Assembly: GCA_051294375.1 (NCBI GenBank)
Contig: CM119266.1
Location: 5,441,210-5,505,188 of the forward strand
DNA length: 63,979 bases
Reading direction: 5' to 3'
Origin: Paraspadella gotoi
Taxonomy: Eukaryota > Animalia > Chaetognatha
The notes under the pieces were generated by a model. The model had not been told where the DNA came from. It did not search any database and saw nothing but the letters and a program-made list of their open reading frames with translations. Both the position numbers and the translations under genes were made by a program. Below are positions 13,013 through 24,918 of the stretch, piece after piece (positions within the stretch are counted from its first letter, which is position 1; every line of letters begins with the position of its first letter).

Positions 13013-13659
13013 TTAGACTGAAAAAGTGTTTTAATTAAAAGTTTTAATTAATAGGCTTTAGATAAAAATAAAATAAAATAAAATAAAATAACTAGCAACA
13101 TTGAGAGGTTTAAAAGGTATAATAATCATAACAGGAAACAGCAACTACAAAAGCAAGAAATTCATTATATTAGGTTTTACCTGGGGAAGTATAAATTGAA
13201 ATACGACGTCATCCATATATTGGCTGATGAGAAGTAAAAGAGCAATGTTACATAAGAGCAACGGGTAAGGCTCGCGCTATATACATAAGTTAGCTTTTTA
13301 CATTATAAAAAAATATTGATTTTTTGTGTCACAAAAAATTCATATCTATTTTGGTGATGGGAGGTTTCAACTTTTAAGTTTTAATTAGAAAAAAATTATT
13401 TAAATTTAATGAATCTTTTCCTATGAAATTAGTTTCTTGTTCATCAAATAATTTTTTTCTCGTATTAAAAAAAATCAACCGAAAAATAACTTCATTTTTA
13501 ATACTTAATTATAACAACTCCTACGTTACTGTAGTTTCCTAGTATGTTTATAAATTTAAATATAATTTATATCGTAAATTCGCGCCACTAACTCTCTTTC
13601 TCTCCAATCACTACTTACCCACAATCTCACTCTCACTCACATCCACTCCACAACCCACC

Positions 13660-13774
13660 ACCCCCCCCTCATCCACTCCGCTCGAATAAGAAACTCGTCA
13701 TCAACGTCGTCTGGCAGCAGAATCTCTTTGTCGTTTCGGATGTTGTTGATGCCTTCTTTGTTGTCGGCGACCAT
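13660..13774 (-). CDS. Possible first coding exon of an unidentified minus-strand gene
   Basis: acgATGg start; MVADNKEGINNIRNDKEILLPDDVDDEFLIRAEWMR; gtgagt and gtaagt donors nearby (~13645, ~13618). No family recognised. Confidence 0.3.
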
Positions 13775-13820
13775 CGTAGGAATCGAGAACGAGGTTTTGA
13801 TGTTGTTATGATAGTTGTTA

Positions 13821-13855
<35 letters not shown>

Positions 13856-14471
13856 GTCATTGTGGTCGACAGAAAAAGCGAACTATGTGTTTACACGAGG
13901 AAAGAAAAACGGACGACGATCATATTTTCGAATTATGGGAATTCGATATCTTTACCGGAAAAAAGGTGACGTGGCAAGAGTAGCGTGAAATTGTCACGGC
14001 GAGTGTCACGGAAAGTGTTACGGTCGAAGTGATAGAGAAAGAGATATGTAGTTGAGTCTTTTTTTTTGTGATAAGAAAAATTTAGCCAAAAAGTGTAACT
14101 GTAAATCTATTACTACTAATAGTCTACAAATAGATAATTGTCTTGAAAAGGAAGGAAATAAAAGCGATAATTTAATAGATATATTATTTATTGAATTAGT
14201 TTAGAATAGATTTAAAGATAAGAGTAGATTAGATTAGATAACGTATATTATATAACGTTATTTGCATACGTAAGAGTAATACGCGAAAGGATAGCCTCCG
14301 TCTCAAAGTAATTATCAATAATTTATAATAAAAAGATGAAATATTAATAAAAAAAAAAAGGTCACGTGATTCGTGCTGATGATCCGATTTCTCGATCATC
14401 GACGAAAAAAAAAGAAGAAAAATCTGATCATAACATCGCATCGCGATTCCATTAATGGCGGGACTTCACAA

Positions 14472-14569
<98 letters not shown>

Positions 14570-16176
14570 CTGGAATTGTAGCGGGTCGACCTTTGACCTC
14601 ATCATGAGACCTCGACTTTCATCAACGAGAATTCAATTTGCTTATATATGAGGAGGAAGGGGAGGAGGAAGAGGAGGAAGAGGAAGAAGAAAAGAAAGAG
14701 GAGGAAAAGAGAATAATGAGAAGAAAAACCTTGAGAAATAAAATCAGAGGAAAGGAAGAAAATTACTTGTTTAACTAACTGTAGTTTTTATTTTTAAATA
14801 TTTAATATTTGATTAATTTTTTTCTTGTCTAATTCTTGTTCTAATCTATTATTATTTTTATATTATTGGGATGGGAACTTTAGTTGCTGTTTTTTGGAAA
14901 TAGAAGAAGAATCTACACAACACAAGGTTAGATTACTTTCGGCTCGAGTTTTCTAATAGATATCATACGTCATTCCTTTTGAAAAATCATTAATTATATT
15001 TCTTGCCTTCCTTTAAGAGAAATTGTTAATTCGTCAAAAGAAAACAAAATCACCTCCGTGTTGCAAAAAAGGCTTCATCGATACCATATGGACAATGATC
15101 ACCATCCATTGTTTTAGGAAGAATCAAAAATAAGAATGTAGAATCACAAAAGCATTTTCAAAGACAGAAGGCTATATAGCTTACGGATAGAAATATTGCT
15201 CTCTAACCTTTGTCAATACGTAATAGCATTCGTTATCAATTTCGTAATAGCAATAAAACTGTATTCATAAGACTGAAATTAACTTCTCTATTGACTCAAC
15301 GACATCTTAAAAGAGACAAGGATGACCCGAGTGCATCTAAAAAGAGATAAGAGTGGCATCAGTGGCATCCGAATGACATAAAGACGCCCAGATGCCATCC
15401 GGATGTCGAAAGAGACCGACTCGATGGCCTCGCAAATTTATCCCAGTTTCATACGGGTTTGCTTCAAATTCTATCCGGGTTTCATCCGGGGGTTCAGGTG
15501 CGCGAAGGTCGAGTTTGTGTAAACAAGAAGAAACAAGATGTAAACAAGGAGAAGTTGAGGTCATCTTAAGGTCGCGAGGACGAGGCGAGGTCATTTAAGG
15601 ATGGAGGAGGAGAGGGAGGAGGAGGAGGAAGAGGAGGGGGGGAGGAGAAACGTGGGAGGAGCTTAAAGAGGATTAAGAGGAGGAAGAGGAAGAAGAAGAG
15701 GAAGAAAGGGAGGAGTCGATGTCATTTGGAACTGAATTATCTTGAAGATTGAATAACTTTTGAGGTGAAATTTAATAACATTAGTATGTATGATTTTATT
15801 ACTATTAATTACTCGATATTTCATTATCATTGCATGACAAAGAAAGAGCGAGAGAGAGAGAGAGAGAGACTATATATATATTATATATATATATAGTTGT
15901 ACTTTGTACTTTACTTAATATATTTTAAGAAAGAGAAATTCTTTACGCGAAGCGAATTTTGTTGGGTTTTTCTCTTTTTTTTCTTTCTTTTTCTTTCTTT
16001 TTCTTTCTTTTCTTTCCTCGACCGAAGTTTGTTTCCGAAATGAATTTTTAATCCTAAATCTATTTTTAGTCGTTTCCCGGAAATTCTCCGCTTTCGTCCG
16101 CTCGGTTCATCGCCATCTCGCCATTCTTTCTCTTAACAACACTTTTCTTTTTCTCTTTCTCTCTTCCTCTTAACAT

Positions 16177-16207
<31 letters not shown>

Positions 16208-16209
16208 CT

Positions 16210-16271
<62 letters not shown>

Positions 16272-16877
16272 CTTCCTTCCCCCGCCTCACCCCCAAAAAT
16301 TTTAATACAGTTTTTCTTCCTTGAATATTGAATTTGCCGCCGCCGCTGCCACCTCCGCTGCCACTCCCGCCGCCGCCGCCGCCTTCCGCCGACGACGCCG
16401 CCGCCAAAAATCGCCGCGGCGTCACCGCGAGGTCGTCCACGCCGGCGACGCAAGACAAATGGCGCCACGCGACCCTCAGCGTCACCCGGCGTCACCCGAG
16501 AAAGCCGGAAGTCACGCCGCCCGACGCCGGCGTGACGAGGGAAGACGACGACGACGTCTGGCGGCGAAAGAAAAAAAACGGGCATCAACAAAAGGGCAAC
16601 ATCAGTCATAAATCTAAAAAAATGGCAGGGAGGGGAGAGAGGGAAGGGAGAGGGAGGGAGAGGGAGGAGAGAGAGGGGAGAAAGAGAGGTAGGGAGAAAG
16701 AGGGAGAGAGGGAGAGAGGGTGAGAGATGAGAAACGAAGAAAGATCAAGGGTTGACTTGAGAAAGGAGAAGAGACGAAGCCAGCGACGTCGCCAGAGAAA
16801 AAAAAGTTGATAACTTGAAGGTGAAGTTGATTGAAGATAAAGAAGGAGAGAGAGAGAGAGAGAGAGAAGAGAGAGAG

Positions 16878-16920
<43 letters not shown>

Positions 16921-19509
16921 AAAGAAAGAGAATAAAGAAAGAGAGAGAGAGAGTAAAGAGTAATGAGGTTTTTGAGATTTCTTAATCTAATTTGTATATT
17001 GAAATTATTATCATAGTTTTTCCTTATTTAATTTTTTTTAATGTATACATAATCAAATAATTAGAATCTTTTAATATCCATATCGATCTACCTTTTGTTC
17101 GTAATGATCGCAAGAAATCTCATCGGACGGGGCGCTCTCTTTATCAGTAAATAGAATAGAAATAGAAAACAAATGATTTACCAGCGAGCACATCTTTAAA
17201 TATTAAAACTTGTAATAGAATAATATTGCTTATAAAATTTAACTTATGAATATATTTTAAAGTTTCATAACTTTTGCCTGTCCATCTTTTCCACATGAAA
17301 ACCTTATATTAAGTTTCACGAAATTTGAACGTAGCAATCTGATAACAATTGTAATTGCAAAATTGTGTTAATAAACGAATTGAACAAACTTAAACGGTTT
17401 AAAACAATAGACAAACAGTCGGTGAGTCACTTTTCTTCAATTTTAACGCATGAGTGAAGCCAATTCGAATCCGCAGCAGAGGAGCTCAATTGAGTCGACA
17501 ATTTGTAGAACGAACGAAATCATATGACAATGTTTATATCGAAAGATGATTTTTTTTAATGTTTTACTTTAAAACTGCCATAGAATAAATATTAGTTAGG
17601 TTTTCAGAAAGAATAATTATCAATATATTTTATATTATATTATTATATTGGAATTTTGTTCATTTATTGTTAAAGATCAATATCTTACTAAATTACTATA
17701 ATCCAGTCTGGTTTTTTTATCTGTACATTTCTGTTCACCGGCATTTTTTGTTTTAGCTAAAATTAATTCAGGAATGTCAGTGACCCTAAAAGATAAAAAT
17801 AACTATTAACGAGAACCTTGAGCGATGAATTAGTGAAAGCATGAGAAACTTCTTCGGTGGTGAGTAAAAACTCTGAGCATCACGGATCGGGTCGAAAATG
17901 AATGACCACCGGAAACTTGAACTTTGAAAAAATCGCGAATGTCAACTCAATCTCTTTTGTGACAATATTTTTATTTCTCTGTCTCCTTAATCGATCGGAA
18001 ATTATATTTAATCAAAACTTGGATTATTGTTATTTTTACTGAGCGGAAAAAAATATTATTAATGTAATTATTTAAATGCTATTAGTATCGATATCTAAGC
18101 TTTAGAATGATATGAAAAAAAAATCTTCATAATTTTGTCGGTTGTCAGGCGCTCGGAAAGTCGGACTCGTTTTTATCCTTGTACATATGTTTATCTATTT
18201 AATCAATATATCAAATTATCCCGACGGATCAAAACTTAATCTACACCGATGACTCGCCGCATTTAAAAAAAAAAATTTATTGATTCTTTAAATTTTTCGC
18301 ACGACTTTTAAAACGAAGGTTCCGGTTCGTTAAATTTAGATTCTTTAATTTCTTTTAATTTCATTAGTTTTAAATTCGAGTTAATTGTGAACACTCATTT
18401 TCAAGGTTCCCCTATGCCAATAGATTTGAAAAAAAATACTTAAAAGTTTATTCTCTTCTTAGACTTTCTTTTATTTTTCCCTTTTAAAAAAAAACTTTTT
18501 TTTAGCAAATACTTACCTTTTTAACTTTCTGTTGTCTTTGTATTTTTACCCCTGATGTCTGTTTGTCTTGTTCTTTTGTTTTTTTTTCGTTTCCTTTGTT
18601 TCCTCATATTTGTTTTGTCAGTTTTGTGAGTTAGTGATTTCAATATTTATCTTTTTGTTCTCTGCTTGATTTTCTTTTTTTCCTATGAATGAAAATTACC
18701 AAATTACTTATTTGACTAATGACTATTTTAAATTTTTCTTCGATTTAAAAATATTTAAATATTCTACTTATCTAAATCTCAAAAATTGTCAAATTTGTCT
18801 TTTGGAAAATTGCAAAATTACTTGTTTTACCTTTCTATCTTCATAGATTTATATTTTTCCCTATGTTTTATTTATCAATTTTATATTCCATAATTTATTT
18901 CTACGAGGGAGATGTTAGCGTTATATTTTTCTCCTCCTTTTTCACAAGAAAATCTAAACTTAATTTCGATTCGATTTTTTAATTTGTCGATGGGCGACGT
19001 TAATTAATGGTTCCTATTCAGAAAAATCAGTCTTTGGAAAAATAAACCTGTTTTTTTGACGAAAAGACTTTTTCGCGAACAGAACTGAAGAGCGAGTTTA
19101 AAATTGTCGAAGTTTATCAACCCCGGTGCGTCTCGTAGACCGTCTTAATCTGGGTTAAGTCGTTATCAAATGGGATACATTCTAACGCCTTTTCATGTTT
19201 AAAAATCATATTTATCAAACAATTTTTTACCGCTCGCGACTTTGGAAATTTTTCTTTTTTTCTCTGCTTGAAATCTTTTGTTTTTTTTGTTTTTTTTAAA
19301 GCTGCGAAACATGAATATCATGATATGAAATGTTATGCAATCGAAAACTGACGTCGATTTGAATCAAAACAAAATAAGAATCAAAACACAACATTCGAAA
19401 CGAAAACTAAAAATAACCACCAAAGATTCCTGTCTACCTGTGGGAAAAACTTTTCAAAGAAGGATAATTAAATGCTAAATAATTAATAAGTAATAAATAA
19501 AACATTTCA

Positions 19510-20079
19510 ATGGAACCAAACGGTTCCAACGCCGCTTCGGACAAAACGTCCACCGACGTTCCGGATTCCACGACGCCGACGCCGATGAAAGAGACGCCGC
19601 CGAAGACGGCCACGCCCAAACCGGCGCTGCGTTCGACATCTGCCACGACGCCGCCTCAGCAGCAGCAGCAGCAGCCGAAGTCTTCTCCAGCCAATCCGCG
19701 GCTCCGTCGCTCCAGTTGCGTCGAAGCGGATGAAGACAAGCCGCCTCACACCGGCGCCGTTCGATCCATTCTCGACGCTAAAGCGAGATTCTCGGCGTCG
19801 CTCGACAATCTCTTCGGCGCCTTCAAGCGCCACCAAGACCACGCCACTACCGGGGCCAACGACGCCGTCAATCGTGGCGCCGGTGGAGGGCGTCAATCCA
19901 AAGTGGCGCCGATCGGAATGGAAGGAGAAGAAGATTCGCTGACTGAAGAAGACGATTATTCTGCGACGGTTTTGTCTTTTGTCTACGCAATCCTCATCAT
20001 CGTTTTAGGACTGAGCTGCCCTCTGGCGGAGATCTTTGCGAACTACGCCAGGATGTTGACGGGAAGTGTGTCTTGGAGG
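19510..20079 (+). CDS. Otop: Otopetrin exon 1 (low-complexity N-terminus plus first TM)
   Basis: ATG 19510, MEPNGSN...DYSATVLSFVYAILIIVLGLSCPLAEIF...SWR, then GT donor at 20080 (phase 0). Confidence 0.85.
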
Positions 20080-20820
20080 GTGGGGTGTCTTGGATTGTGT
20101 GAGGTTTATTTATTCTAACTATGATTTTAATTTAAACTAGCGGCTTAAAAATATAAAGTAGCTTAATTTTACTAGCAACAAAAGCTCTATGCGCTAAGAA
20201 AAATCGCCACGCCCAATAAGGGACTCGAACCCTTGACCCTCAGATTAAAAGTCTGATGCTCTACCGACTGAGCTAACCGGGCTCTTTCTTACGCTTGGAT
20301 TATTTTACATACATGTTTAGAACCATAAACATAGTTTATTATTCCTCATGCTTAACATAGTAAGCTTGAAATAGTAAATTCAGAAAAGAACAGAACTATA
20401 TATATCAATCTTATATATTATATTAAACTTATCTTACCATAAAACAGGATTCTAACGCGGAGGAAGAGAAGATCCTTCGTCCTCTCTCTCAGTTGACGAC
20501 TTCTTTCTATCTTTATCTCTTTCTGGTTTCAACTATCTTCTGTCTCTACGTCTATCTCTTCATTTTGGGTGAGTGGAGGATGTGATGTGGCTGAGTGGAG
20601 GGGGGAGTGTGGGGGGTCAGTGGTGGGAGAGTGGCGCGGACGTTTGAGATAGTATTGTTAATGTGTTCCTGACTTTTTCGATTCGATATTTTACTTTTTA
20701 TTAAATAAGAATCCCGATCATGAACCCGGGATCCATCGGTCCGCCCCCTTAATCTTGTCGGACATTCACATATATCATGTAAGAATATCGAATTATGATA
20801 AATTATGCAAAAAAAAACGC

Positions 20821-20856
<36 letters not shown>

Positions 20857-23183
20857 CCACCTTAGCAAAAAACTCCAATTACTCGTGATTGGATGGATGG
20901 ATTGGAATGAAATTTTGTGTGTGGGTAGGGAAGTGTGTGATTGAGTTTGAAATCAAGTTTCGATGGAATCGTGCGAGTGAAATGAGTTTAAATGGAAAAA
21001 AACAAAAAATTGAATTTCACTATTTGAACACCAATTGGTCATGAGTGGATGGGGCGATTGACTTGAAATTTTGTTATGTGGGTAGGAAAGTGTGTGATTA
21101 GCTGGAATAATCAGTTTCGATGGAATCGTCTGAGTGGAAATGAGTTTAAATGGAAAAAACAAAAAACCTGTTTCACTAATTGATTATGCTTCTTTTTCCT
21201 TTTTATATTAAATGTAAATGCAAGATGTATTAATTAATCAAATAATTAATCAGTTAATTAATCAATTAATTATTAAATAATTAATCTGTCAATTAATCGA
21301 TCAATTAATAATTCAATCAACAATTTATTTAGTTATCTATTAATTAATTATTCAATCAATCAGTTTATTTTTAAATTAATTAATTATTTAATCAAATTAA
21401 ATCAGTAATCAAGTCAATCGTTATCGGCATTATTGTCGTCATCGCCAATCATCTGTCGTCGTTGCTTTTGTCGTGGTCAGTGACGAAAAGACCTAAAAAC
21501 AAACATTTTGGATCAAAATAATTAATTTATTAATTAAATTATTATATTACTTTATATTAGTTTGTATTAATTAATTATATAATTAATTAACCGCTAATTA
21601 TTGTGGGGCAGATCCGACATGGTTTGCTCAAACTTATTATTTAATTTTTAGTTTAATATTTTTAATTATTTTATTTTTTATCTTTGCCGACTCAAGTAGA
21701 CATTTAAGCACAGACCTGGATTTTTTTAAATATTTTATTAAAATCAAAGATGCAGGAAAACCAAAGTCATTAACGAAAAAACAGAAAATATTAAAAAAAT
21801 GTTAAATATGATGACTGATTCAAAAAAGCTACAAGAAATAAGTAGTTTTTTTTTTTGAATATTTTTTTATTTATTTTCAATAATATTAAAACAAGGTTAC
21901 ATAAAGACGTAAAGTGACATAAGAAAACAATGACCCTTATGACTAAAATACCAAACATGATATTAACGACATACAACCGACATGACACAATGACGTAATG
22001 AATTAAAGGCACCAAACAGACTAAATGACGTAAATGACGTTTTTTTTTAATGAAAATGACATAACTGGTTATGGTACTCAATTTCGTAAATGAATCGTAT
22101 AATGACAGTAAATTACATTATGATGCTAATGACTAAATAGGATAAACTATGACTTACATTACCCAGACAATAAGCAGTTGGGACAATCAAGGTTGAAGTG
22201 TTAAATTAAGGTTAAGGTTAATTTTAATTTTAAAGATAATGTTTTAAGTTTAAGTTTAGTGTTAAAAGGTCTGATGGTTTGGTGGCTAAAGGGCAATTTA
22301 ATTATTTAATTATGTGTTTAATTAAGTGGGTAACAAAAGACTTGATTCGTATTTAATTATTTAATATATTTTGTTTTTTTAACGACAATGGACAATTGAC
22401 ACATAAAAGTCAAGATCTATAATAGGAGTAGTAAAAGGAAAATAAAAAAGAATAAGAAAGTAAGAAATAGACTAAGAAATAAGTAGAAATTAAGAATAAG
22501 AAATAAGAACAGACCTTAGGGGGAAATTTTTTTCGTATAACTTACTGGGCAGAACGAAATTTAAAAGCAAAATGAGCGGACGATCGTTTTTACCTTACTC
22601 AGTAATTTATTATCTTTTTAAGACGACGAGAAGAGAGTAATATTCACTTAATACTCCCAGAATTCCACTGATATTTATAATATTTTGTCCATATTATGAA
22701 ACTTTGATTTTTAATCACCAACTCTACCTACGGCTGGGCAGAAAATAATCATCACTACAACATGCAAATGAGATTTTAAACAAACCTCTTTTTTTTCTCA
22801 GACGGATTCGTCGACATCGTGGAATTCTTCGAGCGCACCTTCCGACGAACGAAGCGCCTCTTCTGTCGAACCGGCGACGACGACGTCGACGACGCCGACG
22901 AAGACGACGAAGTCTTTGACAAGATCGAAACCGGCGCCGTTTCTCGAGAACCGACGCCGGGACCAAGAGAAACGGCATCGTTTAAAGGCGGAGAGGGACT
23001 GGGACTTATCGCCGCGTCTTCGGCTGCGGCGTCCGCTGCCTCGCTGACGTCGTCGCGGCGTCCCTCCGTACCGCACGCGGTGAGGGTGGTGCCGAGGCAT
23101 CCCACCAACGCCTACCACCCAAAGGGTCACCACCATCTGCTTAAGCATCAGGACTCGGCGAGTTACGCGCCGGTGAGCGAGAG

Positions 23184-23280
<97 letters not shown>

Positions 23281-24850
23281 AAGACGAGAATGAGAGAGAG
23301 AATCTGAAAAGATTCTGCCTGTATTTCTTAAGCTCTATAGGAATTTTTAGTAATTTATACTAGTTTAGTTCTTTTATGCAAAACAGCTTTTGCAATAACA
23401 TAAAACGCAGTACAAATCTGTAGTTTCTGTTGGTACTGATTATAGAGTAAATTGTTTGTTGAATTAAATGAATTAAATTGATTTCATGATGAATTGATTG
23501 ATTGGTTTATTGATTTGTTTTTTTACATGTTTTGTGCTTTCTTTCTCTGAGATATGAAGCTTTAGTCTAGTCTCGGCAACCAAGTACTCAATTTCTAGTA
23601 TTATGACGAGATAGTTTTAAATTTCATCAATCTCGTCAAGGCCGGTAATGTTAAAAACATGAATAAACAAAAAGTGTAAGTATTTAAAGCTGATATTTTA
23701 GCCTGGTTATTTTCAAACTATTATTAAGTTTTTTTAAAAAATAGTTTTTTTTTACCTTCAATTTTTTTTGCATTTTGGACGCAGGTGTCGGGACGCAAAG
23801 AGAGGATAAGTCATGTAAATAAATAATATCTGTTTATTCATTTTTCAGCAATGAAAGCAAATTTCCCTCATCAACGCACTTTTTATCACCTTTAATCCTT
23901 TATGATAATACTTTTACAACCGCCGCGGTTGATAGGAAATTGTTTTTAATTTATCGTAATACTTATTCGTCAAAACTAACAGCTGCGACGGTCTCGAATT
24001 AAATTTTAAGTTAAAAAGCACTTGTATTATATACAAACCTTGATCTACATATTTCACCCGGGTGAACAAGTCCTTAAGTAACATCTTATGACCTCACTTA
24101 TCAACACTGGGTATTTTGTTCTCACGCTCACACAGGGTAATTGTAAACTGGCGAATCGTCAAATCTGTTCGCAACTCGACCAGCATCCGCAACATCTCTG
24201 CTCGCATCCACAACCTCCTCACAAAAGTCCCAGTTCGCATCCGCAACATCTCCCTCGAAATCAATGTTCGCATTTAGAAAAATCTTGCCAAATTCCCCCG
24301 CAGAACTGCTTGTTCCCGGAACATTGGCAGCCAAATCTTTGCTCGCATCCAGAAATTACCAACAAAAATCTTTGTTCGCATCGAGAAAATCTTTGTTCGC
24401 ACCTCGAACCCCCTCGCCAAAGTCTTTGCCCGCATGTTCATCCTTATCTCGCCCCTCCTTTCCCCAAACCCTCCTCGCCCAACACCTCGTCCACCCAACA
24501 ACCTCGTCCACTCCCCCATCCCATCTCCATCCGCCGCCTTCGCCGCCCACGCCGTTCCACCCACAACCGCCTTCCCTGGAACAAGGGAGCCATGTCGACG
24601 GGCAGCTTCTACATGCGCCTGGGCGCGGTCGCCTTCGGCATCGGATCCATGATCCACGACGCGTTGGGGTTCGCCCAACTTCTGGAGGCCAGCGTGGAGG
24701 ACGGCTGCGGCGGCGGCGGCGGACACGGGGGAGCGGCGGGAGCGGCGGGAGCGGCGGCGGTCATGGAGGCGGACATGACGTTGGAGGAGGAAGGTTGACG
24801 ATGGGATTGGCGATGACTCATATCGCTTTTTACGTTTGTGCAGGTTTATT

Positions 24851-24918
<68 letters not shown>

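Noticed and set aside
24088-24500. Cys-Ser-His repeat N-terminus of ORF 24088-24798 as a protein domain
   Set aside because: It derives from an intronic minisatellite that happens to be in frame with otopetrin exon 4.
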